NCBI GenBank assembly: GCA_977016875.1
Contig: CDRNST010000119.1
Location: 682,001-746,000 of the forward strand
Length of the DNA stretch: 64,000 nucleotides
Direction of reading: 5' to 3'
Source: Pavona decussata
Lineage: Eukaryota
A program made the translations under genes and the position numbers. Positions 34,001 through 47,399 of this stretch are shown here, in pieces. Within the stretch, counting starts at the first letter, position 1; each line of letters opens with the position of its first letter. The notes under the pieces were generated by a model, which worked only from the letters and a program-made list of their open reading frames with translations, was not told where the DNA came from and made no database searches.

Positions 34001-36500
34001 CCACCCTATTCTGCAGCAGCATCATAAACAACTTAAACTTTAGGTTTGTTCAAGTTGACTAGTCCGTGATGTGGGAGATACCACGTGCGGTTAGATGTAC
34101 GAGCTGCTTCCTCTTCAGACAATTTGACAGCATATTCTCTTGTCGATGTGGTCATTCATCACTGCTTTGTACTGTTCTGCAAATGCAGGGTCACGTTGGA
34201 AACCCTTCTTGAGTTGCTGCAATCTTTTCTCAGCTTATGCCCGATTGTTTGGAAGTATGGGGTCTTCGTTTCGCCACAACAGGCTAACTTTGTATCTTCC
34301 ATTCTTTAGTCTGGTCATGCCTTCCAAGATTTCTAGTGCTGTTTCATCTTTAACACTGTTAGAGCTGTCGCCTGTGTTGCCAAAACCAATGTCATTCCGA
34401 AGCCCAGAACTTCTCAACTTGTTGGTGTAGTTTCAGGGACGACTTGTCTTCGGCCCAATCAAATTCGAAGACAGAAAGCGCAACTGGTTTACTTTCATCC
34501 TCCATCATGTTTGTTGGCCCAGCTACACACCAACCAAATGGGCTCTTCATTGCATACAGCTGATTCTGCAGACTGTCCCCCCAACGATAGTTGAACACCA
34601 TATGTGCCTGAGGTACACCTTGAACAATGAGGACAGAGACTTTATTCACGTCCACAGCAACATCAGGCAACTCTAAATTCTTTAGGTGTGGCCATTCAGA
34701 CAAATCCAGCTGGCTTGGGCAATACCTGTCAGACACATTTAGGCTTTCAATTGCTAAACCATGAGAAACTGCAAAACGTGGACCATCCTGGCTTGTTGGG
34801 CTGACAAGGAATATCACCTTGGACAGCTCACAGTCATGATTCCTACTGGTTACAGTGTTAATGCTAACTTTCTCTAGAACTCCTTGAAGTTGCAGTCTTT
34901 TGGCAAGGTGAGAAGTAATCATGGAAATAAAAGCGGCTGAGTCAAGCCAGCCATATGTGGTAACAGCTGCTCCATTGTCCGCGATCACACACAAAGGCAC
35001 CACCCTTAGCAGTACAAAACTTCTTTTCTAATTCCCCGTAGTTGCACTGTTCACAGTTAGGTCCGTCACCAGAGGAATGCTTGGATTAGCATCCTGACTG
35101 TCGCTATTGTCAACCTCAGCAGTCGTTGACACATGTAACAAAGAATGATGATTCAAAGGGTGAGCACAGTCCCTTTCCATACAACTGTTACTTTCTGGAC
35201 ACCCCCTCTGCAAATGTGACTCTGAAAGACACCGGTAACGCAGCTTGTTGAACCCTGCAACTCGTCTCCGCCAAGCCACACTCTTAGACAAGAAGACTGG
35301 ACACTTTAGAACCATGTGCGTTCCCTTGCAGACCTTACAAACATCAGATCGACGGCCAACACTTCTGCTACCTCGGTCTTCTCTTCCAGGTGAGGTCTTT
35401 CCTGATCATCGATCAGCTTCGTTTCACAGGACTTCTGTTGCTATTGTAGTAATTCTTGCACCAGAAGTGGGTCTAGAAGTAAAGACTGATTTCTTGGGGC
35501 TGTTCACACTGTTAAATTTAACGGAGGTGCTGTTGGCTCTTCCATAGACAGGATCAGTCTCAGTTCGCGACTCTGCGGTGATAAACTTAGATAGCTCTTT
35601 CAGAGTTGGCTTTCTTCCATCTGTCTTCTCGCCATACAACTTGGCTGTCTTTCTCCATTTCGCTTGTAAATGGTCTGGTAATGATCATAGATTTGTCTCA
35701 AGTTAGTGGTACAATCAAGTTCATTTGATTGCAGTTCAAACATTGCCCAGCAACAGTTCTCAACTTTCTCAGATAGAGCAAGCAGGGATGCACTGTCTCC
35801 AGCTCTAATCCATGGACTACCAACAACTGAAGATTTAAGAGCCTGCACAATCATAGCATTTTGTCCAAATCTTTGCTTCACCACACTCAGAGCTAGTTCA
35901 CAACCATTTGGTAGACCTTGATAGTTCTCGGTTACCTTCTTTGCCCTTCCAGTCGTGTATGAGATCAAATAACTCATCTTCTTACTGTCCGTCAATGATG
36001 CTTTGTTTTCTACTTCATCTTTAAAATTTGCTTGAAATCTTAGGTACCTAGCTGGATCACCATCAAACGGAGTAGGTTCAGGCGGTGGCTGCGACATTCT
36101 TAGCTCCATCTTTTTCCAAAAGGGTGCCTGAGGTTTATGCTCAGTCCTTGTCACAGTACTTTCTTTACTCAGCAGATTCATGATTCATGGTATCTCCACC
36201 ACTATTAACACTGTGCATCTTCAAACGTGCGGTCGGCAAGGCAAATTCCTTTGCATCACGGTTCAAGGTACCCTGCGGCCTCTCAGCTGCTAGATTGGTT
36301 GATTGTTTCAATTCTACATCAGCCACTCTTGAACTGCTAAGCTCCCTTTCCTCAATGAATGACTCTGGAAGGCTGTTTTTCTGTCACTGCCTCTTTATAC
36401 TGGTCGAGGGATGTGCACCTATGCCATCATCATCTGGTCATCCGAGCCCAGATGTATGGAAGTTAGGTCATGCCACCTGTTCTGGTTGCAACATTCATCA
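31071..36500 (-). mobile_element. Decayed BEL/Pao LTR retrotransposon (gag, protease, RT, partial RH, integrase, PPT, 3' LTR)
   Basis: gag FDGDPARYLRF (35600-36181), triple Cys knuckles, LDSAA protease, WYLPHH, NFYMDD, WRHCPGTLNPADDASRG, EVEAILNSRPL, LTPNHLL, FWKRW; PPT at 31423-31431; LTR ~31071-31422 (left boundary tentative). Confidence 0.93.
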
Positions 36501-37660
36501 AAATTTTCCACAAAAATTGAGTCACTTTTTATTTCATCTTGGAAGTTGCCCTTAGGTTAAGAGTTTTGCGGGTATTAGACACTTCATTTGTGTGTGCCAG
36601 GTTTTTAAAATGTTTCAATGTTGACTGATAAATGGGTATTTTCACAAGTGTTGAGTCCCTTGGAAGTAAGCTATTATTTTAAAAGACCCATGCATAGAAA
36701 TGGAGTGTCTAATAGTTGCAAAGTCGTTGGAAAGTAGAGGCAGTTTGCAAGGGGAATAAAAAGTAGTGCCATTTTGGCTGCGGAAATCTTTAGTGGAATG
36801 TTAGGGCTGTAACAGTTTATGTGACCTAATGGACATATTTCTCATATTTTAATATGTTGACATTTGTAAGCATGTTCTGCCGCAAGACTCTCACAAGGTA
36901 AGAGCTAACTGTTCAGAAAAGAGACTACGTTTTTCAGTAAATAACTATAGGGTCTTGCGTTAATTTTCATGAGTCGAATATGACTGAGATGTAAATGTTA
37001 TTTTTCTTTGTCTGCAATCAGCTATTTGTTGTAATATTGAAAAAGAAACTTTAAACAACAGTTTGTGCGCGAAATAATTCCAAATGTTAACAAGTCTAGA
37101 TGTAAATGATATAACCTTTGGAATAAATAGTGAATAAAATATATTGATAGTTTGAATGATCTGTTTGTAGCAGAGAAGCCAGTTGTTTAAAGGGCTATTA
37201 AGTTGATCGTGGGTTAAGCTGAATTGGGTTGATCAAATTTTTGGGAAAAGAGATTTTTTATCCTTGAGTTTTGAGTTAGTCTTTGTTTGCAATGATCTGA
37301 AATTAGGTTTTAAAGGTATTTTTGGGGAGGAGAATGAAATGCTTGTTATATTTTGAGCAGGGTTTTGAACATTTTAACAAGAATTCAATAGTTGCAAAAA
37401 AAACGACGCCTATAGTTGCAACTTGAATAAGGGTGGTGGTAAAAAACAACTCAAATGATATGATGCAAAATTAACTTTAATAATATAATGGGCAAAAAAC
37501 AACTTGAATAATACAGTGGTCAAAATCAACTTGATTAATAGTGCAAAAAACAACTTAAATAATAAAGTACGAAAGTAACTGCGAAGAATATCCTGCAGTA
37601 CACAATATTTAAGTCAACAACCAGGAAGTAGATTTATAGAAATGTAATATTTCGGTTTAA

Positions 37661-38260
37661 AGTGCCCCTAACCCTTCAGTTTGTTTTCTTTTGGTAGATT
37701 TCCATACCTGTGAGGAACTCATTTTCGAAATTTTTTTTTAGAAATATTGAATCCTTTCTATTTTACGAGGGCTTAAAGTTACTGAAATTTTTAAAAATGC
37801 CCGCTTTAAGCCCCGCTGGACAAATTTTTGTCTCGTGGGTTCATTAGGAACGAGCCAATGAGAAGCGTCCGATATTTGACACTTTCTTAGCTGTGACGTA
37901 AGAAAAGGACACCATTCCAAAGCACGAAGGAAGGAAGGACAGAAGGAAGAAATCTTATGCATGCTGATTCCTTTCTCTACATTTCGAGAGTTGCTGCATT
38001 CAAAAGCCACACATTTTTCAACCATCTTCATCGAATCTTCGGATATTTTTGCACGATGTCCTTTTCTTACGTCACGCTCCATATTTGGCCTAGTGGGGGA
38101 CTAATGCGAACGATAGGTGAAAATATCGACAAGACTGCCTTCACCTCTAGCGCTCGTAAAAAAAAAGGATTCAATATTTCTCAAAAATTTTTTCGAAAAT
38201 GAGTTCTTGAAAGATATGGAAATCTACCAAAAGAAAACAAAATGAAGGGTTAGGGGCACT
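37661..38260 (-). mobile_element. Non-autonomous Kolobok element (600 bp) with a THAP remnant
   Basis: TTAA at 37657-37660 and 38261-38264; ~100-bp TIR agtgcccctaacccttca / tgaagggttaggggcact; KCVAFECSNSRNVEKGISMH. Confidence 0.85.
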
Positions 38261-39646
38261 TTAATTCAAACCCATTATCAAACGATGGATAATTTTACAA
38301 ACACGCGTAGCTTATGTATATATTACTAGAATATACAAATATCTCACATAATTTTGTAAAGAAATAAACAAAGCAAAGAATCCTAACAAAGTTCTATGCA
38401 AACAATGCCAATTCCCTAGTGGCTTTGATCCTGGTGTTCAGGCAGGGTTTTTCAGTATTAATATAAAGGGATTTCAAGAAAAAGACCTGATAGAAATCAC
38501 CGTTGGTACCCCTCTATATTAACTCATTTCTTACGGGGCAATTTGAGAGAAAAATGCGTTTTTTAGACTGCCGTTAATTAGAGGTCGTTTCCTTGAAAAG
38601 CACTACTGCAAAGCATACAAACCTACACATATTCTGAAACCTTATTAAATTTTCTTGCTCATGAGGTTAATAATTAATTTATCTGCATCAATTATTTCAG
38701 TAATAATTCACTTAAAATAGATAAAATTCATAAATTTTGACATTTTTGCAATTTGAAAGACCTTATTACAAAAATACAAATAGCACTTACTTCAAAACGG
38801 TAGCATAAAACTTGAATGACTATTATGCAACATATGAACATGAAAAAATATTCCTGCTGTGTTATTTGCACAATTTGAAAGCATCATTTTAGAAGCTGCA
38901 TAAATTAGCATTAATCTGCATATTGTACCATTAGTAAGTAATAAGCTTACTTTGAACCTTTTCTCTACCAATTCTTTGTCATCTATCAGAAGCTTCGGCT
39001 GTAAATGTAATTGCTAAGTATTTTAAATATATATAACAGCTTTCTGTGAGCAAAACAGAGACAATGATTACTTCTAGTTGTCTTTTCTTCATAATGTATA
39101 TGAAAATGAAGAGGTGAGTATTATATTTTACTGTACTGGATAGCATAGCAAAGTCCACATTGTTCAGCAAATTTCGTATCAAAAACTGTATTGAACAAAA
39201 ACTCCATTTCAGCAATTAAATATTACTCTTGGTGTGCCAGAATAGCCAGCAATTACTGTTGGAATTGAGACAGAGATGGACATTACACTGTTCACAGATT
39301 ACTGTTGAGCGTGGTGGTCTGGGTCGTTTTGCTGGTCCTTCATTTGCTCTTTGTGCTGCTTTGTGCTGGGCTGAATAAACATGGGAACAGAGGGCACATA
39401 CTCTGGGGGGACCAATGAGAGGCATATGTGATCCAACATTTTGAAGCCTTGGAACAACTTCAGCCTGTGCTTTGTCTGTGCACAGTGGGAACCTCCCTAG
39501 AGAAGCTTGACATCAGTTGTGTTGCCAAAGTCATCCTGTACTCTCTTGATTTCAGCCTGTTCAATGGTGAATAAGCTCTGTATATAAGAAATGAGTTATT
39601 GATGGAAGTTTCTAACTGGTGAAAAGCAATTCTGATAGGCCACTGC

Positions 39647-40388
39647 TTACAGTTTCTCCCTGAGCTATAATATGTGACCTTCTTTGGGAAAACGGACACT
39701 AACGCTTTTCCGTTTAAATGGCAAAACCGTTTACCATCCGTTTATATCCGTTTAAACGGTTCATTGAAGCGTTTAAACGGTTTGCTCATCCGTTTAAAAA
39801 AAATTCTATCCGTTTAACGCTTTTCCGAAAACGTTTAAACGGTTACAGGTTCTCCCTGAGCTATAATATGTGACCTTCTTTGGGAAAACAGACACTAACG
39901 CTTTTCCGTTTAAATGGCAAAACCGTTTACCATCCGTTTATATCCGTTTAAACGGTTTGCTCATCCGTTTAAAAAAAATTCTATTCGTTTAACGCTTTTC
40001 CGAAAACGTTTAAACGGTTACAGTTTCTCCCTGAGCTATAATATGTGACCTTCTTTGGGAAAACGGACACTAACGCTTTTCCGTTTAAATGGCAAAACCG
40101 TTTACCATCCGTTTATATCCGTTTAAACGGTTCATTGAAGCGTTTAAACGGTTTGCTCATCCGTTTAAAAAAAATTCCATCCGTTTAACGCTTTTCCGAA
40201 AACATTTAAACGGTTACAGGTTCTCCCTGAGCTATAATATGTGACCTTCTTTGGGAAAACGGACACTAACGCTTTTCCGTTTAAATGGCAAAACCGTTTA
40301 CCATCCGTTTATATCCGTTTAAACGGTTTGCTCATCCGTTTAAAAAAAATTCTATCCGTTTAACGCTTTTCCGAAAACGTTTAAACGG
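39647..40388. repeat. Four-copy tandem array (196/175/196/175 bp) of an element end plus flanking host DNA
   Basis: Units start ttacag(t/g)ttctccctgagctataatatgtgacc at 39647, 39843, 40018 and 40214. Confidence 0.92.
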
Positions 40389-42142
40389 TTTGCTCATCCG
40401 TTTTAAAAAATTTGCATCCGTTTTACACTCTAAGAAAAACGTTTAAACGAATTGCTTATCCGTTTAAAAAAATTTCCATCCGTTTAACGTTCTAGGGAAA
40501 ACGGTTTGCTTATCCGTTTAAAAAGAAAGCCAGCAGCTGTTTAAACTTAACCCTGGAGCAGAACTATCAAGCTAACAATCGCTCGATACTCGCCGGAACG
40601 TGCACTGCAGAACAATGATTTTTTGTCCGTGTTTATTGAAAGCGAGTAGCCGAGAAATCGTCGCATCCCTTGGACAAACGACAAAATAATTAAAGTATCG
40701 GTTTGGATAAACATATAGCATCGAGAGCCGATGAAGCCATTCATTCGGCGACCGTGATTCTGCTATTGAGAAAATTGAATGACTTGAAGAACGAAAAAAA
40801 ATACGCCGAGGCAACATTTTCACATGTAAACTTGCTTTCCCGCGAACGGAAGCTAAAGGAAGGTGTTCGATTTTAATGTGATTGACACTGTGTAATTATC
40901 AAATATTTTGATGTTTTCAAGTGCGTAGGCGATTACCAAATTCAAAATTTAGTGGAGACAAAATTTGTCGAGATTTTTGGCAGAGCCAAACAAATTTTGT
41001 CAACCTAGTGCGTACGGTACCTTACGGGAAATGCCCTTTGAAGGTGGCATGCTATTTTTAGATTTCTATGGGAAATGGAATTTTTTCTGAGAATAGTCGC
41101 AAGGACGCCGATGCTGCCGTCAAGTTTTCATTGTAGCGCATTATCTTTCAATAGTGATGGGACACGAAGCTATGTTTTGAAACAAAAAGGTCCGAAATGT
41201 GTAATCTTGAAACTCAAACTTCTTTAGAAAGCGAATCACTTCTGGCGTTATTTGACCCAGACGAGTCGGCTTCTGACAAGGTCATGTTCATTGCAAATGC
41301 AAAGTTGTTTCCTGCAACTTCAAAACAAAACAACAATAAACAAAGAAGAAGATGATGGATAATTTGCGATGGCTATGGTTTCTTGACAGTGTAAAGAGTT
41401 TTAGTTGCGCTTGTTGTACTCGTGTATTGAAAAATTTCTTGTCATCGTATAATTATTCACTGGTTGTTTGTTTCCAGAGGTTACGGCTTTTGTAATTGAA
41501 GCGTTTCTTGCAGTAGCTGTTCAGGTTGAGATATCGGCAGCGAAACTGTCCTTTATAAACTGTGCTTATTTCAACAAACTGCAGGGAAGAGAATAAACGT
41601 AATGTCACACGAAAATAGCAATAGTTTACCCAGAAATAGAATACAAAGCGCACAAATAAATTTTGAAGAAACCCAACTAAAGTTCGTCAAATGCGACAGT
41701 ACTTTTTTCGTTCGCAGAATGTATCAGTTATTATCTACCAAGTTATTATGCTCCATGCTTACGCTCAAAGATATCTGTAAACATTGTAGGACTGTTAATT
41801 TTTTCCTCAAGCGATCTTGGCGAGTCAATCGTTTAACGGTTCAAGCTGTCCGTTTTTATAGACTTCGATCAACTGTTTAACGGTGTGAGCTATCCGTTTT
41901 TGGACTTTGGTCAACCGTTTAACGTTTCAAGCTAACCGTTTATTTTTTTTGCTGTACCGTTTAACGCTTTAAGCTATCCGTTTTTGGACTTTGGTCAACC
42001 GTTTAAATTTTTTGCTATCTGTTTAAACGGTTATGGAAACCGTTTAAATGCTTGAGTTAACTGTTTAGTATCCATTTACAACCGTTTATCTTGACCGTTT
42101 AACGGAAAAGCGTTGGTGTCCGTTTTTCCAAAGAGGGTCACA
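39673..42142. mobile_element. Unclassified non-autonomous TIR element (TA or ATAT TSD) with ccgtttaaacgg subterminal arrays
   Basis: TIR tgtgacc(t/c)tctttgg(g/a)aaaacggacac(t/c)aacgcttttccgtt at both ends; removal restores the piggyBac frame QNNRY|YSSGR. Confidence 0.85.
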
Positions 42143-44693
42143 TATCGATTATTTTGGTCTGCCCTGTCAATGCCGCACATATCTTTGTTATAATCCTCTA
42201 GTAAAGGTGGGCAGGAAACCTGAATAGTTCCCTCCTCACTCCTTCTTCTCACTTCCCTTTTTTCTTGTGGTGCATCTGCATGATGGGTGGGTTGATGCAC
42301 TGTGCTCAAAAAGTAAACTGCCTTGTTGTCAAACCAGGAAACAGCAAGAATTTTCCCACAATTTCTCCAAGAGCCAGATCCTCTAGCAGGTTTTGGCTTT
42401 TGAGGGAATACCAGTTCTTTTGGGAAACCTCTGGTGTTCCCTTTCACTGTGCCCAGGCATTCTATGCCCCTATTTTGCAGTTTTTGTGCTAGAATAGGGC
42501 TTGTGTAAAAGTTGTCAATCACAACAATATGACCCTTCTGGTCATACCCCTGGGTGAGGTCAAGGACCACCCTAGTACCTAAGCCCACCTCAGGGTTTGT
42601 TTGTTCAAATGTTTTGCCAGTGTATATTTTTTCTTGCAGGATGTAGCCATTTGTTGCATCCGCGATGGCCCACACCTTTATACCAAATCTATGTGAAAAC
42701 CCACGCGTCCCCAGAAATCAATCTCAGGAATTTTTAATATTCCCATGGCAACACAAACACCAAAGAATGTTTTCAGTTCAGCAATGTTCTCTATGGCTTT
42801 CCAGTCCAGCTTGTGTTTGTCTGGATTTGCTGCTCTCTTCAAATTTGCATTTTTGTTTGTCATTGTTTTTATGAATTCAAATAATTCGTCATCCCAGAAG
42901 AGCTGAAAAAACGATAAGGGCTCACACTTACCTCCCCAAACACGAACTGGCCCAGGTATCGCTGTAAAATCAGGGATTGTGTTATTCAACAACTCCTGTC
43001 TCGAAACAAACTGCGCCTGCTGTCTTGCTGGTTGCCGTGAGTTAGATGACACCGCCACTCGAGCACGCTTGGCTTGTTTTGGCGGCGCCCCTGTTCTGTC
43101 TCGTTCTTCTGCGGTGTTTACTTTGTTGATTCTGTTGAACTCGCGTCCTACGTTTACAACAATATTTTCCTCGTTCAGAAAAGTCAAAGTTGCAGAATCG
43201 GAAACAGTAAGGCCTTGATTGTTAATCGAATCAGTAGAATTGTTTACAAATGTTTCCACGGCTTCGTCCTCTGAATCCTGTGAAATCTCACTGAAACCTC
43301 TTCCACGGCTATCATGTGGATACCCATAAACATTGTCATCGTCTGCTTCGCTTTCACCCGAGTCAGAATCGTCTGAACTGCTTATACCTGCATCATTTTC
43401 CTCCAAAACCCGATCAGGTAATTCCTCCACAGGCAAACTGTCAGCCATTTTTAAAAAGATGCAAAATTGCGGCGTAAATTCTGAAGTAAAATCCCTCAAA
43501 AACCATAAAATTTCGTAATTTTTCCGAGCAAGTTGATTAGAAACACTTTTCGTTGTGTTTATATGAAGTATTTAGAACCTATTCCCTTTGGAGAGTTATT
43601 TTGCCGAGCTAAAACTAGGAAAGACTAGACCGAGGTTGAAGGAGCCACTATTTTGGCTTCTCGTAAGAAATGAAATGTCAAAACTGCAAACAAAAGACCT
43701 AAAATGGCGATCGAATCATTCAGTTGTATCTATCCACATGCTACAAGCTACACCTGCTAAAGCATCCGTGAAAACTATGTGTATGGTGCATTAGAATAAT
43801 AATATTAACAAGAAAACCTGTTTAATACTATGGATAGCAAGCTATCACCAAATCACACGTATGGAGGGGCGTTTACGAGCCGCAAATTTGACAAAATCAA
43901 AAGACTCTGTGAAATTTAACTTGCTCCCCTGACTGCCGTGCTCTACTATCTAAACGTCTGGAACAGGCTACTTTTTAGCAAACCTGGTGATTAAAAATTT
44001 TCCCACTTATTTAAAATGGCTGAAAAGGTTCTGAAAGCCAAAAAAAAAAAACTTTCAAACAACATATAGAAAATACATGAAAACTACAACTATATCTTCA
44101 TGAAGATTGTCACTAGCTCTCACGGGGGGTTTCTTTTATGTCCGTTTTCCATTCTATCATCAGATCAAATCAAATTATTAAATTTGGCTGGATTTTTAAT
44201 AATTTTCTTTCACTACTTCGCAAGGCACCACCATTTTATTAGTCAACAAACCTAGTAAACACTTCTTTTTACAGAAAAATAACCACAACCAAAAACAGTT
44301 GTATTACCCTGATTTTTTTCTTGTTTCTTGCCTGATATTGTATTTGATTTGTCGAGGTGCAACAAATTGTCTGGAATTAATTTTTTTAGTGTTCATGGAG
44401 TTTGTTGGTTCTCTGTCCATTAAACTGAGCTGACACATTGAAACTTGAAGAAATGGTAACGTTCACAATAAAACTATTCTGCAGTAAGCTAAGGTATCTA
44501 CAGATTGTAAAATAGATTTATAAAATTACCCTGCCACCAAGGCATTTTTCTATGATATCTTTTGACTACAACTCCCATAAATCAATTGTTGTAGCAACAA
44601 GACAGCATGAGAATGACCTATTGGTCAAGAATTATAATAAAAATTCTCGTCCAGACAATTCTGTAAATCACAAGTGAATGAGGTTGAAAAAAG

Positions 44694-46470
44694 TCATGAA
44701 GTGGAGTTTTTAGGGTTGTAAGGACAATCTTTATGTGATCTTTGGCTGTGGGTTTTGCTACCACACCACTTGCACGCTTTCCCACTGATGGATACAATTG
44801 CATTTTTAGGGGCAGCAACTACTTCTATTGGAATGTTAGGTATTTCTGTGGGTGTCTCCATTCTGAATAGCCCTTTCTGCATGTCACATTGCCTCCTCCT
44901 CGAGCATCTCAGTTTCATCCTCTCCTCCATTGGTGTGCCATATTCTTAGGCTCTTCACATACCTTTTTCTATTTGCAAAGATAATAACCAAAGAACATTT
45001 CACACACCAACTTCCGCATCTGGGTTCATGTCCAGTACAGTAACATACTGGTACTTTCCAGTATGAGTGAGTATACGATTGGGTATGGGTATGTCCATGT
45101 GTAGCTGTGAAAAATATATTCCTGACTTTTTACCATTTTTTTCAGACTTTTCTTATCCAGGTTTTTTCCAGGTCTGGAGAAATTGCTTTTTCAAGAATTC
45201 AGGACTCTGTACAAATCCTGGAATAATTGTTTTTTACAGATTTTACCATAGATGGGAGAATCTTGCTAGCAAAAGACGGTACCTTAATTCTTGCTCTTCA
45301 GCTCGACTGACATTCCTTTTCACCCGCTTTTTCTTGGCATCATCTGTTTGGTGCCTTTTGAGTCCCTTCATTCGTTCTTCATTATCATGTCTGCACTTAA
45401 AAAACAAGGAGAGAGAGTGAGAAACATATTAGTTTTATGGAGCACAAAGAGGAAACTATGAAAAGCTGTAGTTAAAGGGGAAGTATCATGGGGTTTTTGA
45501 CCTCTTTTGTTAAAAATGGTGAAATAAGACTTTCACTTTCCTACAAAATAATTCAAGAACAATGAGAGGAGAGAAATCAACTTAATTCCTGACAGGAACA
45601 ACACGTACTCTGTTCTAGCGCATTTTGGAAACAAAAATACGAAAACTTGAAAAACGTTAGCCTAATATTTTTCAAGTTTCAATCCATACCGGCCTACTCT
45701 GTCTCTGGCCAGAGGCACTAATCGACACTTTTATTGCACTGTTGTGATAATTTATAACAAAACTAGACAATAATTTTTTGTTTTTGTTCTCAGACAAACA
45801 TTCCTGGGTTTTGAAATGACATCAAATTTTTGTGATACTTTCCCTTTAAGGCATGCCTTTTCTATAAAAGAATAAATAAAGAAAAACTGTGAAAACAATA
45901 TACACGTCTTTGGAATGTAAAATTTTAACGGGCAAAACAAATGAAAAACAGTATCTTTTTCTCTGAAATTACAAAGGAAACCTTTATCCTCGCACCCTCA
46001 CAACAACAAACAACAGCATTCATATCAAAAACATTTTTACGCCACTAACATTATTTTTATCACACAAAGACATACCATCTCTTGGATTCCGTCAAATATT
46101 CGAAGGCCCATCTTTAAATAGAGTTTAATGATCCAGTGATAATGTGGTCCTTTATTCTTGAAGCACCACGTCATGCTTGCTTGGAGAAGGCCAAGATTTG
46201 TGGATGCCTGATATTGCTTTTGATGCAAGTTGGTGTCCTTGGCCCGAAATTCAGTTAGGACACTGAATGTTGATTCAGGAAGATTTGAATGACCCTTTCC
46301 TAACTCAGGATCTATTACTTTTTCTGCATTTTTTGCCCTCTCAGCACATTCTATGCCATCTGCAAGTCCATGAAGTTCACATTTTCGAGGCATGAGTAGA
46401 GTGATATGGCTGGCTTTGGCATTTCAGGTCTGGGTAAAAGCCATTTTCATCTGCCTTGCACTCAGTGTGA
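44694..46470 (-). pseudogene. Spliced, decayed DNA transposase C-terminus (Kolobok/Mutator-like) with zinc knuckle
   Basis: CELHGLAD.IEC, IDPELGKGHSNLPESTFSVLTEFRAK, CKWCGSKTHSQRSHKDCPYN; superfamily uncertain. Confidence 0.4.
45476..45845. mobile_element. TTAA-flanked Kolobok-type MITE
   Basis: TTAA at 45472-45475 and 45846-45849; TIR aggggaagtatca / tgatactttccct. Confidence 0.75.
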
Positions 46471-46474
46471 CTTT

Positions 46475-46975
46475 CCAAACTTGTCGAGCAGCGGGAAATT
46501 AGACAAGACGTTCAATCAAGGGACGATTCACAAACAAAGTCCTTCCTTTCTGAAGAAAACAGCACGACGTTTCAACTCGTCGAGCGGCGGGAAATTAATA
46601 CGACGTTCAGTCGAGCAATCACAAGCAAACAAAGTCTTTCCTCCTTGAGGAAAACGGCACGACGTTCCAAATTCGTTGAGCGGCGACAAACAATACAAAC
46701 AGAAGAAAATTTTCCTTTGAGGAAACAGCACAAAGTTCCAATTCATCTAGCGGCGGGAAGTCAAACAAGACGTCCAGTTGAGCAATATAAACAAACAAAG
46801 CTTTCCTCCCTAAGGAAAACGGCATGATGTTCCAAATTCGTCGAGCGGCGACAAACAATACAAACAGAAGACTTTCTCCCTGAGGAAAACAGCGCAACGT
46901 TCCAATTCGTTGAGCGGCAGCGAACAATACAAATATAAGACTTTCCTCCATGAGGAAAACAGCGATGCAACTTCT
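46475..46975. repeat. Degenerate minisatellite (~70-90 bp units)
   Basis: Recurring gaggaaaac(a/g)gc...gttccaa(a)ttcgt(t/c)gagcggcg...acaaaca...ctttcc units, about six copies. Confidence 0.85.
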
Positions 46976-47080
46976 CCAAGCGAAGTGATCCAAATTCCAA
47001 CACCGGCAAATCAACAGTCAATGTTCTCCCTGAGAACCAAATGCTCCAAATCGTTGATTGAAAAAAAGCACAAATAAAAG

Positions 47081-47104
47081 ATTATTATTATTATGATTAT
47101 TATG

Positions 47105-47155
<51 letters not shown>
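47081..47155. repeat. (ATT)n microsatellite
   Basis: About 25 ATT units. Confidence 0.97.
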
Positions 47156-47399
47156 GAGCTGAGGAAAACTTTCGTAAACAGTTCTTTAACTGTAGGTTTA
47201 TAGCTCATTTTTTTATCAAAACGTGTGTTAAGCACGTTAAAGAACTGTTTAGACTCTAACTGTTTGGGAATACAAACCTAAACTACCAAAAGCCCGCTCA
47301 CAAGCCCAATCTTGGAGTAAATCTCAAGCATGTGACATGACGTCACGTGATACACAAAACAAAACCGGAATTGAAACTAACGGAAATAAAACAGTAGCC

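Larger units (their letters stand above)
38523..43673 (-). mobile_element. piggyBac transposon (decayed), interrupted by a TIR element
   Basis: TTAA|ctcatttcttacg left end, matching cgtaagaaatga near 43661-43673; PLSFFQLFWD, ELKTFFG, WAIADATNGY, IDNFYTSP, GTVK, WFDNK, YNKDMCGIDRADQ, C-terminal CEQCNVHLC...CWLFWH. Confidence 0.88.

Noticed and set aside
36550-37650. Possible LINE remnant and a ~28-bp degenerate repeat
   Set aside because: No protein motif or terminus that I could support.
39647-40560. Palindromic repeat array as CRISPR or iterons
   Set aside because: Explained by duplicated transposon ends and subterminal repeats.
46475-46975. Repeat array as a possible CRISPR
   Set aside because: The units are degenerate along their whole length, with no unique spacers and no cas genes, in a eukaryotic context.
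47011-47235. Poly-Ile membrane protein ORF
   Set aside because: Translation of an (ATT)n microsatellite.
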